A stretch of 64,000 bases of DNA from Chiloscyllium plagiosum. Lineage: Eukaryota. The notes under the pieces were generated by a model, which was given only the letters and a program-made list of their open reading frames with translations, was not told the origin of the DNA and did not search any database. A program made the translations under genes and the position numbers. Shown here in pieces: positions 1 through 12,095 of the stretch; within the stretch, counting starts at the first letter, position 1, and every line of letters begins with the position of its first letter. Location of the stretch: assembly GCF_004010195.1 (NCBI RefSeq), contig NC_057718.1, positions 85,495,625 through 85,559,624 on the forward strand. Reading direction: 5' to 3'.

Positions 1-33
1 AGGTATTTATCTGTCTCCTTTTGAAATTTACTA

Positions 34-353
34 CAGGTAGACAATCCTTTATCTGAAATCCGAAAAGCTCCAAAATCCAAAGGTTTTTTTGTGAAGTTTT
101 TATCTCATGAACAAGGTTGTTTGGCATGCAACCAGTTAACCCAACTCCACACCCACTCGATGTGTGACGTGGTCCAGCACTGGCAGGCCTCAATTCTGTC
201 TCAGGGCCCGTCATAATCACTGTGAGTCTGCTGTTCGATAAGATCTTTTAAAATATTTCACAGTTGAACTGTCACCTACTCTGAAATTCGAAAAATTCCG
301 AATTCTGAAAACCAGCTAGTGCGGAGCGTTTCAAATAAAGGATTGTGTACCTG
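34..353. mobile_element. Tigger/pogo-like (Tc1-mariner superfamily) MITE
   Basis: 25-bp TIRs: CAGGTAGACAATCCTTTATCTGAAA (34-58) vs reverse complement of 329-353, 23/25 match. TA on both flanks (32-33, 354-355). No ORF. Confidence 0.85.
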
Positions 354-519
354 TACTACATCTAATTTAACCATCCTTTTGGGCACTGTACTCCAGATTA
401 CAAAACATAGCTCTGCCAAAGATTTCTCCGCACCTTTCCCCTGATTCTTTAGTCAATTACTTTAAATTACTGGCTAGCAACCTATTTCTCTCAGTGCATT
501 TAACTGAGTATGTTGTCAT

Positions 520-1020
520 AAAGGTGCTTTATATAGTGTAATTGCACTAAAGTTGAGAACATTTCAAAGACAGAGATATCAGAAGGACAATTAAAAGCTC
601 GAAGGTGGATTTTTTGATGTGTCTTTAAAGAGAGGGAAGGAAAAAACAGTGAGATTTACATTCCCAATGAGGAATTCCAGAGCTTAGGGTCTAGATAACC
701 AAAGGCATGGCCAGCAATTCTGTGGTGAAGTAAGTGGAGGATATGCAAGTAATAAGAATTGAAGGACCACAGTTCTCAGTAATTAAAAGGCTCGGTAAGG
801 TTACAGAGATATGGAGAGGCAAGACCATGAAGAGATTTAAGCACAAGAATGAGTTTTTAAATCAAGAGGTTCAGGGTCTGGGAGGTAACATAAATCAGTG
901 GTGCACAGTGGTAAGGGCAGAGCAGAACTTTGCACAAATTATGAAATGGGCAGCCAAGCTCTGGATGAGTTGATGAGTAATGAAAAATGGGTCACTAGCT
1001 GGAGAGCACTGGAATAGTCA
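520..1020 (-). mobile_element. Ancient L2-like LINE 3' fragment
   Basis: Degenerate motifs such as ggaattccagagcttaggg...aaggcatggcca resemble reverse-strand L2 3' ends; boundaries approximate. Confidence 0.45.
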
Positions 1021-1152
1021 AATGTACTGACAGCCAAAGGAAAACCCCCCATAATTAAGTCTCAAGCCAGGAAGGTCCCAAGTGGGAAACTGATCCACTT
1101 GTGGCAGGAAATCAGTTAGGCTTATTTCAAATTGACATAAATTAACCCTGAG

Positions 1153-2287
1153 GAGAAAGTGAGGGCTGCAGATGCTGGAGATCAGAGCTGAAAATGTGTT
1201 GCTGGAAAAGCGCAGCAGGTCAGGCAGCATCCAAGGAACAGGAGAATCGACATTTCGGGCATAAGCCCTTCTTCAGGAATGAGGAAAATGTGTCCAGCAG
1301 GCTAAGATAAAAGGTAGGGAGGAGGGACTTGGGGGAGGGGCTTTGGAAATGCGATAGCTGGAGGGAGGTCAAGGTGAGGGTGATAGGCCGCAGTGGAGTG
1401 GGGGCAGAGAGGTCAGGAAGATGATTGCAGGTTAGGAAGGCGGTGCTGAGTTCGNNNNNNNNNNNNNNNNNNNNNNNNNNNNNNNNNNNNNNNNNNNNNN
1501 NNNNNNNNNNNNNNNNNNNNNNNNNNNNNNNNNNNNNNNNNNNNNNNNNNNNNNNNNNNNNNNNNNNNNNNNNNNNNNNNNNNNNNNNNNNNNNNNNNNN
1601 NNNNNNNNNNNNNNNNNNNNNNNNNNNNNNNNNNNNNNNNNNNNNNNNNNNNNNNNNNNNNNNNNNNNNNNNNNNNNNNNNNNNNNNNNNNNNNNNNNNN
1701 NNNNNNNNNNNNNNNNNNNNNNNNNNNNNNNNNNNNNNNNNNNNNNNNNNNNNNNNNNNNNNNNNNNNNNNNNNNNNNNNNNNNNNNNNNNNNNNNNNNN
1801 NNNNNNNNNNNNNNNNNNNNNNNNNNNNNNNNNNNNNNNNNNNNNNNNNNNNNNNNNNNNNNNNNNNNNNNNNNNNNNNNNNNNNNNNNNNNNNNNNNNN
1901 NNNNNNNNNNNNNNNNNNNNNNNNNNNNNNNNNNNNNNNNNNNNNNNNNNNNNNNNNNNNNNNNNNNNNNNNNNNNNNNNNNNNNNNNNNNNNNNNNNNN
2001 NNNNNNNNNNNNNNNNNNNNNNNNNNNNNNNNNNNNNNNNNNNNNNNNNNNNNNNNNNNNNNNNNNNNNNNNNNNNNNNNNNNNNNNNNNNNNNNNNNNN
2101 NNNNNNNNNNNNNNNNNNNNNNNNNNNNNNNNNNNNNNNNNNNNNNNNNNNNNNNNNNNNNNNNNNNNNNNNNNNNNNNNNNNNNNNNNNNNNNNNNNNN
2201 NNNNNNNNNNTTATGCCCGAAACGTCGATTCTCCTGTTCCCTGGATGCTGCCTGACCTGCTGCGCTTTTCCAGCAACACATTTTCAG
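1153..2287. mobile_element. Penelope-like element with inverted terminal arms (interior in N gap)
   Basis: Arm ~1187-1264 is inverted at 2211-2288. Direct target duplication cataaattaaccctgag at 1136-1152 and 2288-2304. Hammerhead-like motif on minus strand at ~1245-1282. Confidence 0.8.
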
Positions 2288-2464
2288 CATAAATTAACCC
2301 TGAGCCCACCACAATTTAGGGATTAAGTTTAAATTGCATGGGCTTACCCAAGATTTCTGAAAAATGTCCATCTAACTGTTTGGGTTTCCAACAGCCGGTC
2401 TCTTATTGTCAACACTCCAATCAAGGGATATGGCATCACGAATGGTGGGTCCTCTAATCTTTTT

Positions 2465-2775
2465 GGGTGACATGATGGCACAGTGGTTAGCATTGCTCCC
2501 TCACAGCGCCACGGACCCGGGTTCGTTTCCCACTCTCGGCGACTGTCTGTGTGGAGTTTGCACTTTCTCCCTGTGTCTGTGTGGGTTACCTCTGGGTGCT
2601 CCTGTTTTCTCCCACAATCCAAAAGATGTGCAGATCAGGTGAATTGGCCATGCTAAACTGCCCATCATGTTAGGTGCATTAGTCAGGGTGAGTGGGTTAA
2701 TCTTCAGAGGATCGGTATGGACTTGTTGGGCCAAAGGGTCTGTTTCCTATATGTAGGTAATCTAATAAAAAGAAA
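2465..2775 (+). mobile_element. tRNA-derived HE1/V-SINE-type SINE
   Basis: A box TGGCACAGTGGTTAGC, B box GGTTCGTTTCC, central tgtggagtttgcac..ttctccc domain, gtaatctaat tail. Confidence 0.9.
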
Positions 2776-3779
2776 ATTGTCCAGTGACCCCCTCCCTAGG
2801 ATGGTCAACATACACCCACCCACTGAAGTCTAGTGATCTAATGGCAGTCCCTGGTGAAGTCCCTGCAACACTACTAGCAGCATCCATATGCAAGGTGACA
2901 CTGCCAGCAATGCAGAGCTGCCAGTCTTTGATTGGCCAGCAGCTCTCAAAAGTTGAAATTCTGCTGCCACAATTTTAAATCCTGGGGAAGGCCTGATGCT
3001 GGCCAATTAAATGCCTGACAAGCAATTAGGTTGGTTAGGCCTTCCCCATTGAAGCAACATGCTTTACCCACAAGTTCTCCATGTAAGGAACATTAAATCC
3101 TGCCGAACGTTAGAATTAGTGAGGGCCTGGAAGTAGGCAAGCTTAATGATAGAGAGAAAATGGGCTATTTTCTGTCTTAGCTTGTAATTATCAGTATTTC
3201 AAAGTTTATTTTTTAATGTTAGCTATAGATGAAGAACTATCAATGGGAGGAAAGCTATAATGGATAAATTATAAATATATTTTAAATTAAATCTCTTTTG
3301 AATGTACAATTTAAATACTTGGAAAAACTTGTTTCTCTGTTCAGAATTAGTTGTGCTTATATCGTTCAGCTATGCCTAAACGACTTGCATAACCTATGAT
3401 CTAATTACACTACTTCAACCTCCTCCACTCTACCCACATTCTGTTCATGATTGTACAGTTGTGTGCTAAACACTTGACCATAATCCAGAAAGAAAATATG
3501 CTTTATTTATGATGACAAACTTTGAACAAATGTGATTTGGCAGTGATCCATGGAATACTTCAACAAATATCACTGGAAAGAAAAGGCAGTAAAAGCCCAT
3601 TTTCAGGAATGAGTTATATTCTAAGTGGTATAGTGGCACTACAGTGTAAAGTAATAGTTAAACCTAAAATCATCTCACGTTCAAGTTACTGATTTCTTTG
3701 CCAAAGCAGTTCTATCTTGTATTAGTCAGCTGCTGTCAAACTGGTTTTGCCTTGTAGTCTATCTGGATTAATCAATATA

Positions 3780-5660
3780 ATCTGATTCTTCAGTTGTACA
3801 AAGCAATGGCCACACTCTTTCGGGATTACTGCATTCAGATTTGGGTATGACACCTCAGAAAGGATATACTTAGCCTTGGTTGGAGGACCATATATTCACC
3901 AGAATGATACCAGTTTTAAAGGGTTGGATTATGACAGCAGGTTGCATAAACTCAGTTTGTATTCCCTCAGATTTAGCAGATGTTTAAAATGATCAAACAT
4001 TTTAATAGGATAGGTATGGAGAAACTGTTCCCTTTGCTCGGGTAGTCCTGAACATTATCTTAAAGTTCAAGCTAGGTAATGCAGAAGTGAAATCAGGAAC
4101 AGTTTTTCACACACAGTATAAGATTAAAGTTTACATTTGGTTTGAAAGGGAGAAGAGTGGATTTGAGACAAGTATTTTTAACTTAAATAAGGACAACTAT
4201 GTGGGCATGAAAGCAGACAGAGCTGAAATGAACTGAATCCCTGTACTAAACTAAGGATAAATTAATAGAAAAGCAGTATTCAACCAATAGCTAAAAATCG
4301 GGAGGTATAAGGAGAAAGGAACTTAGTGAAATTACAATCACTAGGGAGATGTTATGAGCAAATTGAGGGAGCTGCAAGTTGACAAGTCTCTGGCTCCTGA
4401 TGGACTTAATCCTCAGGTCTTAAGAGAGGTGACTAGTAAAATGGATGTTTTAATGTTAATTTTCCAAAGTTTGCTAGACTCTGAAAAGGTTCTACCAGAT
4501 TGGAAAGTAGCGAAGAAAACTGCTCAAGAAAGAAGAGAAACAGGCAGAAGACAGGAAGCTATCAGTCAGTTAGTTTGATGTGTATCATGAGAAGGTTTTA
4601 GTATTGCTATTCAATAATTTTATACCTGGTACTCAGAAAACCAAAAGGTAATAGGGAAGGATCAGCATGGTTTGGTGAATGGAAATCATGTTTACTGGAA
4701 TTCTTTGAAGGAACAATACATGCTGTGTATAATAAAAGCCTGCAGATGATTTCACAAGATATCATGTTAGTGGTTATCAGTGAAAATTAGGTGTGTGGGT
4801 AACAAATTAACATGGATACAAGATTGGCTGGCTGGCAGGCAAGAGCAAGTATGCATAAGTATGTTGTTTCTGATTGGCCAGATGTGATGCACTGGGTCTG
4901 TGCTGGGGCCTCACCTTTTCACAATTTATCTCAATGACACAGTGTGGGGAGTGAAGACATCATAGTTAAATTTGCAAGGAACTCAAAGATAGGTATAAAA
5001 GGAAATATGTTGTCAAGAAGATATAAGGAGGTTGCAAACATGTATAGATGTATTGAGTGGAAAACAAATCCAGCATATGGAGTATTCTAGGGGAAAATGT
5101 AAATTTGTTCACCATGACAGGATAAATAAAAATGCAGAGCTTTATTTAAATGGAGAATGACTGCAGAATTCCAAGTTGCAGAAGGTTCTGGTTATCATAG
5201 TGCACAAAGCACAAAAGGGTAATATGGAGGCACAGCAAATAATTATGAAGGCTAATAGACTGCTTTCCTTTATTGCAAAAGGAAGTGAACATAAACAAAG
5301 GTGTTATGCTTTAATTACACGAAGCATTGGGGAGACCACATTTTGATATCTGTATGTAGGGTTCAGTCTGCTTATTGAGGAAGGATGTAAATGTGTTGCA
5401 GGCAGTTCAGAGAAGATTTTCTAGACTGTTACCTGGAATGAGAAAATTGTCTTATGAGAAGGATTGGATTGGCTGGGTTTGCAATAATCTTGTTGAAAAA
5501 TGGTGCACACTCAAGAGTGTGAGTGGCCTGCTTATTCTCCTAATTCATTTGTTCATGCAATGGAAATTTTAAACATTTTCCTGGAAAAGTTGTGAGGATG
5601 TTAGAACAATTTAAATTTTCAAAACTGAGCTTAATAGATGTTCTTAGATAAATAATCACT
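3780..5660 (+). mobile_element. Old degenerate CR1-type LINE RT fragments
   Basis: Remnants DKSLAPDGLNPQVLREV and LQAVQRRFSRLLPGM with many stops and frameshifts; boundaries approximate. Confidence 0.75.
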
Positions 5661-5684
5661 AATCACAAAGAAAGGTAGAATTTG

Positions 5685-5900
5685 GATTTATATAGCATCT
5701 TTCACAATGTCAGGATACCCAAAGCACATTGCAGTCAATTAAGTAATTTAGAAGTATAGTCATTGTTTTAGCCAAGAAATTCAGCTGGCAATTTTGCACC
5801 ACAGGATTTCCACAAACAGCCAGTTAAGTGCCTCACAGGCACTTAATTTGGATCAATCTGTTTTCCACAGTGTTAACTGAGTTATGAAGGTTCGTCTTTT
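5685..5900 (-). mobile_element. Ancient L2-tailed SINE fragment (Deu-SINE/SacSINE-like)
   Basis: tttatatagc..tttcac..tcagga..cccaaagc pattern. Similar tails in + orientation at ~9225-9325 and ~48235-48340. Confidence 0.45.
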
Positions 5901-6417
5901 AGCACAAAGGTGTCTTTTTCACTGTGTCATTACACATATATACACAACTACAGCTGATTTGGCAAAAATATCAGCACTAATGCTGGGCCTACTTTGGGTG
6001 CAAAGGCAGTGTGGGGGTATTATAGAGAAAAACAGGAAATTTAGAGAGTCTCCTCACAATTAAAAAAGTAAAAATTTACTTAGGGAGAAAAAAGGAAAAG
6101 AACAAAGGTTGGTCTGTCCCCCAGTTTTGATGGTTTGCATTGCCCATAATAGGCTTTGTTTGTAAATATTTAATTGGCTACACAGGTGGTGGTTAAAAAA
6201 AATGACATATGTCAAAAACTGATCACAATTTACATGGATAAATAGTTTCACAGGTGCTTCAGTAGAAAATGCCCAAAATTACACCATTTAAGGTATTTTT
6301 CTCTGGGGATTTGAGAACATGAGGAGTAGCGCTCCTCAGGGCTCACACATATAAATAAGGACTGCTGCCACCCTGGGCACCACCCTCTACTCTATGATCA
6401 CCATCATTCCTTTAAAG

Positions 6418-6733
6418 GGGCGGCACGGTGGCACAGTGGTTAGCACTGCTGCCTCACAGCGCCAGAGACCTGGGTTCAATTCCCGCCTCAGGGCGACTGT
6501 GTGGAGTTTGCACGTTCTCCCCATGTCTGCGTGGGTTTCCTCCGGGTGCTCCGGTTTCCTCCCACAGTCCAAAGATGTGCAGGTCAGGTGAATTGGCCAT
6601 GCTAAATTGCCCGTAGTGTTAGGTAAGGGGTAAACGTAGGGGTATGGGTAGGGTTGCGCTTCGGTGGGGCAGTGTGGACTTGTTGGGCTGAAGAGCCTGT
6701 TTCCACACTGTAAGTAATCTAATCTAATCTAAT
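6418..6733 (+). mobile_element. Young HE1/V-SINE-type SINE
   Basis: GGGCGGCACGGTGGCACAGTGGTTAGC head, GGTTCAATTCC B box, (AATCT)n tail. Confidence 0.92.
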
Positions 6734-6799
6734 TCCCTGACTCTGACCTAATACTTATCCAGTGTTGGCCTACCCACCACTGCATTAACTAATAGGTGA

Positions 6800-8210
6800 A
6801 AAGCTGCAACTAGACGACCATTTGTTGAAGGGACGTAGGATTGCAGGTTCATAGTTCTTTGAAATTGGCATTGCATGTAGACAGGGTGGTGAAGAAGGCA
6901 TTTGGCAAACTTGCCTTCATTGGTCAAAGCATTGAGTACAAGAGTTGGGATGTCATAGAGTCATAGAGATGTACAGCATGGAAACAGACCCTTCGGTCCA
7001 ACCCGTCCATGCCAACCAGATATCCCAACCCACTAGACCCACCTGCCAGCACCCGGCCCATATCCCTCCAACCCCTTCCTATTCATATACCCATCCAAAT
7101 GCCTCTTAAATGTTGCAATTGTACCAGCCTCCACCACATCCTCTGGCAGCTCATTCCATACACGTACCACCCTCTGCGTGAAAAAGTTGCCCATTAAGTC
7201 TCTTTTATATCTTTCCCCTCTCACCCTAAACCTATGCCCTCTAGTTCTGGACTCCCCAATCCCAGGGAAAAGACTTTGTCTATTTATCCTATCCATGCCC
7301 CTCATAATTTTGTAAACCTCTATAAGGTCACGACACTCCAGGGAAAACAGCCCCAGCCTGTTCAGCCTTTCCCTATAGCTCAAATCCTCCAACCCTGGCA
7401 ACATCTTTGTAAATCTTTTCTGAACCCTTTCAAGTTTCACAATAACTTTCCGATAGGAAGGAGACCCGAATTGCACGCAATATTCCAACAATGGCCTAAC
7501 CAGTGTCCTGTACAGCCTCAACATGATCTTCCAACTCCTGTACTCAATACTCTGACTAATAAAGGAAAGCATACCTGTGACTCCACTTTCAAGGAGCTAT
7601 GAGCCTCCACTCCAAGGTCTCTTTGTTCAGCAACACTCCCTTGGACCTTACCATTAAGTGTATAAGTCCTGCTAAGATTTCATGTACAAGTGAGGCCACT
7701 CGTATTGCATACAACTCTGGTCACCCTCCTATAGAAAAGATGTTGTTAAACTAGAAAGGGTGCAGAAAAAAATCACAAGGTTGTTGCCAGGACTGGAGCT
7801 TGTGAGTTATAAAGCGAGCCTGAATATGCTGGGGCTATTTTCCCTTAAGTATTGATTGCTGAGGGGTGACCTTATAGAGGTTGATAACCTCATGAAGGGC
7901 ATGGATAAGGTAAATAGCCAAAGTATTTTTTCAAGGGTGGGGGAGGCCAAAACTAAAGGATGAGAGGGGAAAGATTTAAAAGGGGTAACGTTTTCACACA
8001 GAGGCTTGTGCACGTATTGAATGAGCTACCAGAGGAAGTGGTAGGGTCAGGGACAATTACAGCATTTAAAAGACATTTGGACAGATACATGAATACAGAA
8101 GGTTTAGAGGAATATGGGCCAAATGTAGACAAATGGGAGTGATTCAGTTTGGGATATCTGGTCAGCATGGACCAGTTGGAATGTTTCCATGCTGTATGAG
8201 TGTATGATTC
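6800..8210 (+). mobile_element. CR1/HER1-type LINE 3' fragment interrupted by a younger inverted CR1 copy (~6953-7680, minus)
   Basis: ORF 7033-7572 (-) contains [24 protein letters not shown]. Plus-strand homologous text resumes at ~7681. Confidence 0.85.
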
Positions 8211-9853
8211 TGCTGATGTGAACTAGTGGCACACTAATGAAGCCGAGCCTGAGAAATGGAACAGGCCTCACTGAAAGGACATTCCTTGCCAGTTAGTACT
8301 GAACACAACTGAATGCTGGCTTGTCTTTGCAGCACATTTTATTTTTTGTCATCAGTCATGATCGTGGTTGGACAAATTAATACAATGTTAAAGGGAAAAG
8401 CATACAAATCCCGGGCTTTCTCAGTAGAGACACTGGTATAACTTAAAACCCAGAGTGCTCTCAACAGAAGAAGGGGATTGTTAAACATTTCAAAAATATG
8501 AAACTTAAGTCTCACCCACTCACTTAAAAATTTCCATTTTTAGGAGAAGCGATTGGAGAAAGTGAGGCAGGTCCAGTCATTTAAATGTGCCTCAAATTTA
8601 AGCAAAGGTTTGTTGTTAGTATCCAGGGCTCGAATGCCAGGAGCTGCAGGAAGGTGAGAAGGACTGTATTCATTAGCTAACTGTCTTTACAGTCTTGCTT
8701 GTAGGGAGGGGGAGAAAAAAAGTGCTATTCTCAACCTCTCAAGCGCACCTACAATAGTTCCCTCCCCCAATTGATCATTGCTTTTTACTCACAATCCATC
8801 TGCAAAGTCCTATCTTAGCATGCCCCACCCACTCCCACCCCCAAATGACATGACCCGTATTTGTCAACAAGCATGTTCCGGAAGAAAGCCGATAAAAAAT
8901 ATCCACCGTCTGGAAATCAACAATGTTTCTATATTTCCTCCACTTGCTCTACAATTGATACTTTTTCAATTGTTGGTTAATGTGTATTTGTCTTAGTTTA
9001 ATTGAGTCAGTTTTGGGGACTAAATTGAAAGTTTTATAATGGAAACGTAAAGATAAATGCTCTGCAATATAAGTGTTGCAGTAATACTTTCAATGGAACC
9101 AATTATTTTGAAACTGCATGTGGTACAGTTGCTGATCAAGGTCTAAATAAATTAAAGTTGTCAAGTGTTTTTTTGTTGAAATCTGCACTGCTGTAGAGGC
9201 TCGGTTTAAATTTCACAGTAATCTAATTTGCCTGCCACGTTTCCAATATTACAACAATGACCTCCCTGCAATTGTGCTTTCAGGGTAAAACATTTCAGAG
9301 TCTTGATATCGTGGAAGGTGCTAACTGTAGAGCCTTCTTACCGTTCGTCATTTTAACTACCAGGCAGACTGAACTTAAAAGTTCTGTAGGTAAAAGGTTT
9401 ACTGTTTCAACGTTGTAAACTAAACAATGATAACAACAGGTTTGATTTAAAAATATAACGAACCAACTCGACATCTCTTAGCAAACAGAGAAGTCTGCAA
9501 GTTCAGTTTCATTTTCATTGTCATGATTCCCATATATAGTTTGCAAAATATTTCTATTTCCTGCATCAACAAGGACTTACTTTACTTTACTTAGACACAA
9601 GGTACACAGATCAGTATTTTGTTCATAACTTTCATCATTGCGATCGCCATTTTTGGCGGAAAATTTCGTAAAAGAATGATATTAATGACTGAGAAATTCA
9701 ATCATTTTTGATAAACCAATCTTTATTTGGGATAGAGACTGTCGCTCTGGGCTTGTTTTTGTCCATTCCTTTTCAGGTGTTTATCAGAATCTGAAATGTG
9801 CAAGAAAGTACAGACCACACTTTTTCTTAAAAAAGTGGTTGTTTTGTTTTTAC

Positions 9854-10232
9854 CTGACACGTTGAGTTGTCCTCCCAGGAACCAGGCGATCGAGCCTTTG
9901 CTAAAATCACAATCGTGAACCCGCTGAAAGAGCCGGTTCCACAAGAGTCTCTCCTTGGCCAGAGTCCCCCAGAAGGTTTCGGGATCTCTGATGGCGAAGT
10001 CCAACAGGTCGGCGTAAGATTTTACCCCAGGGAAAGAACTGGACTCCGGCAGGAATGAGCTGATGTTCCGTGCTGGGGAAGTAGCGTGAAACGTCCGGAT
10101 CTTGTTCGGGTCCAAGCCCCGGGGAGAACCTTTCATCCCGGCTGCGGTCCTCTCGTTGACACTTGCAGAGGGTCGCGGGCAACGACTGAAGGCAATCCGG
10201 AGCAAGCGGCTACCCCCCATGATCGCTGCCAT
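9854..10232 (-). CDS. ACSS1: Mitochondrial acetyl-CoA synthetase ACSS1, first coding exon
   Basis: Arg/Ser-rich presequence-like N-terminus (MAAIMGGSRLLRIAFSRC), then RDPETFWGTLAKERLLW..DCDFSKGSIAWFLGGQLNVS matching the ACSS1 N-terminal domain. Phase-1 donor TCAG|GTAAAA at 9854/9853. Confidence 0.93.
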
Positions 10233-10460
10233 GTCCCGGTCTCTCGTTTACAGAGTTTAACCGGAACGCTCTCCGTTGAGAAGGAGGTAATGTGCAAGTC
10301 AGCGCTGGGCGAAGATCCCTGGGCAAGATTCCTTGCAAAGTGACGCTGCCTTCCACTCAGTCTGGATCAGAGTCCTGCCCAAAAGAGGAAGCTGTGCAGC
10401 ACGAAGACAGTTCAGCTGAAAGAGGCCCCCTCGAGGTTAGGATCGCGAGAGATCTGCAAG
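9860..10460. promoter_or_regulatory. CpG-rich first-exon/promoter region of ACSS1
   Basis: Clear CpG/GC enrichment relative to AT-rich flanks. CRE half-site TGACG at ~10341. Confidence 0.6.
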
Positions 10461-10564
10461 ACATGCTGCAGAAAGAAGCATGGGGTGAGGGAAGTTCAAA
10501 TGTATGCATTATCCACACGCCTGAAGTCACAAGAGCAAGCTGACATCACAAAGCCACTTTGTTT

Positions 10565-12095
10565 CAGGGGAGGAGATGGCCCATTGATATTATCACTAAT
10601 TATCAATCCACCGACCCAGGGAATGTGCTGGGGGCCATGAAACCAGTGCCCACTCTTGGGATAACCTATCTGGTTTACCAGTGTTCCTCAAGGAAGGAAA
10701 TCTTCCTGTTATGGTCTACATGTGACTCCTGACCCACAGCAATGTGCCTGACTATCAACTGCCCTGTGAAATGGCTGAGCAAGCCACTCAGTCATATCAA
10801 CTGCTCCGAAGTCTCAACAAAGAAATAAAACTGGACGGATCACCTGGCATCAACCTAGGAAGTGACAAACAGGATAGCACAAACAGTCCTGCAAAGGTCC
10901 ACCTTACTAACATCTGGGGTGGCATCAGTTAGCTCAGTTCGCTGGTTTGCAATGTAGGAGAAAATGAGGACCACAGATGCTGGAGATCAGAGTCGAAAAG
11001 TGTGGCGCTGGAAAAGCACAACAGGTCAGGCAGCATCTGAGGAGGAGGAGAATTAATGTTTCAATATACAGTGATGCCAACACATGGGTTAAATTCCCGC
11101 ACCAGCTGAGGTTACCATGAAGGATTCTACTTCTCAACCTCTGCCCTCTCCTGAGGCATGGTGATCCTCAGGCTAAACCACTACCAGTCATTCCTGTCTA
11201 ATGAGAGAGCAACCCTCTGGTCTAGTAGGGCTATAGCATTAACTTTACCATTACCTTTTCACTAACATCTGGGGGCTAGTGCCAAACTGGGAGTGCTGTT
11301 TCACAGACTAGTCAAGCAACACCCTGACACAGTCATATTCTTGCAATTATACCTTACAGACAATGTCTCTGACACCACCATCACCATCCCTGGATATGTC
11401 CGGTCCCACCGGCAAGACAGACTCAGCAAAGATGGTGGCACAATTGTTTACAGTCAGAAAGGAGCTGGCCTAGGAGCTGTTAACATAGACTCTGGACGCA
11501 ATGAAGTCTCATGGCATCAGATCAAACATGGGTAAGGAAATTTTCTACTGATTACACCATTCTACCTGCCACAGGTGTAGGATAGTATTGATAAGAGTGA
11601 CCATCATGCAGTCCACCTGAGATGAAGTCCTGCGTTCAAATTGAGAATACTTTTCATTGTGTTATGTGGCACTACCAACATTTGGATAGATCTAGTAACT
11701 CAGGACTGGACATCAATGTGGCGCTGTGGCCCATCAACAGCAGAATCATACTCCAACACAACCTGCAACCTCACAGCCTGGCATTTCCCAAACTTTACCA
11801 TTAACATCAAACCAGGGCATCAACCTTGGTTCAATGAAAAGCGCAGGAGATCATGCCAAGAGCAGCATTAGGCATGCCTACAGATGAGGCAAACAGGGCT
11901 ACTTGCTTGCGAAAAAGCACAAGCAGCAAGTAATAAATAGAGCTAAGTGATCCCATAGTCAACAGATCAAGCGTAAGCTCTGCAATCCTGCCACATCTTG
12001 TCATGAATGGTAGTGAACAATTAAGCAACTCACTGGAGGAGGAGACTCCACAAATACCCTCATCTTTAATGATGGAAGAAGTCAACGCATCAGTA
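10565..12095 (+). mobile_element. Old LINE with APE-endonuclease remnant, hosting a nested SINE
   Basis: ORF 11293-11535 QHPDTVIFLQLYL..TIPGY..RQDR..GGTIVY resembles an APE endonuclease N-terminus; later remnant PGHQPWFNE. Confidence 0.7.
10920..11260 (+). mobile_element. tRNA-derived SINE, itself interrupted by a Penelope-end fragment (~10957-11067)
   Basis: TSD actaacatctgggg at 10906-10919 and 11261-11274. A box TAGCTCAGTT and B box GGTTAAATTCC are separated by the gagaaaatgagg..gcagatgctggagatcag insert. Confidence 0.75.

Noticed and set aside
1220..2290. Long ORFs full of X (also at 12.7-13.6, 23.6-24.6, 42.9-43.8 and 55 kb)
   Set aside because: Artefacts of translating through N gaps.
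6418..6490. tRNA-like A/B boxes
   Set aside because: SINE heads followed by SINE body and tail, not tRNA genes.
9723..9853. C-terminal 43 aa of the 169-aa ORF 9723-10232
   Set aside because: Read-through into intron 1 past the GT donor at 9853; ACSS1 similarity stops at GGQLNVS.
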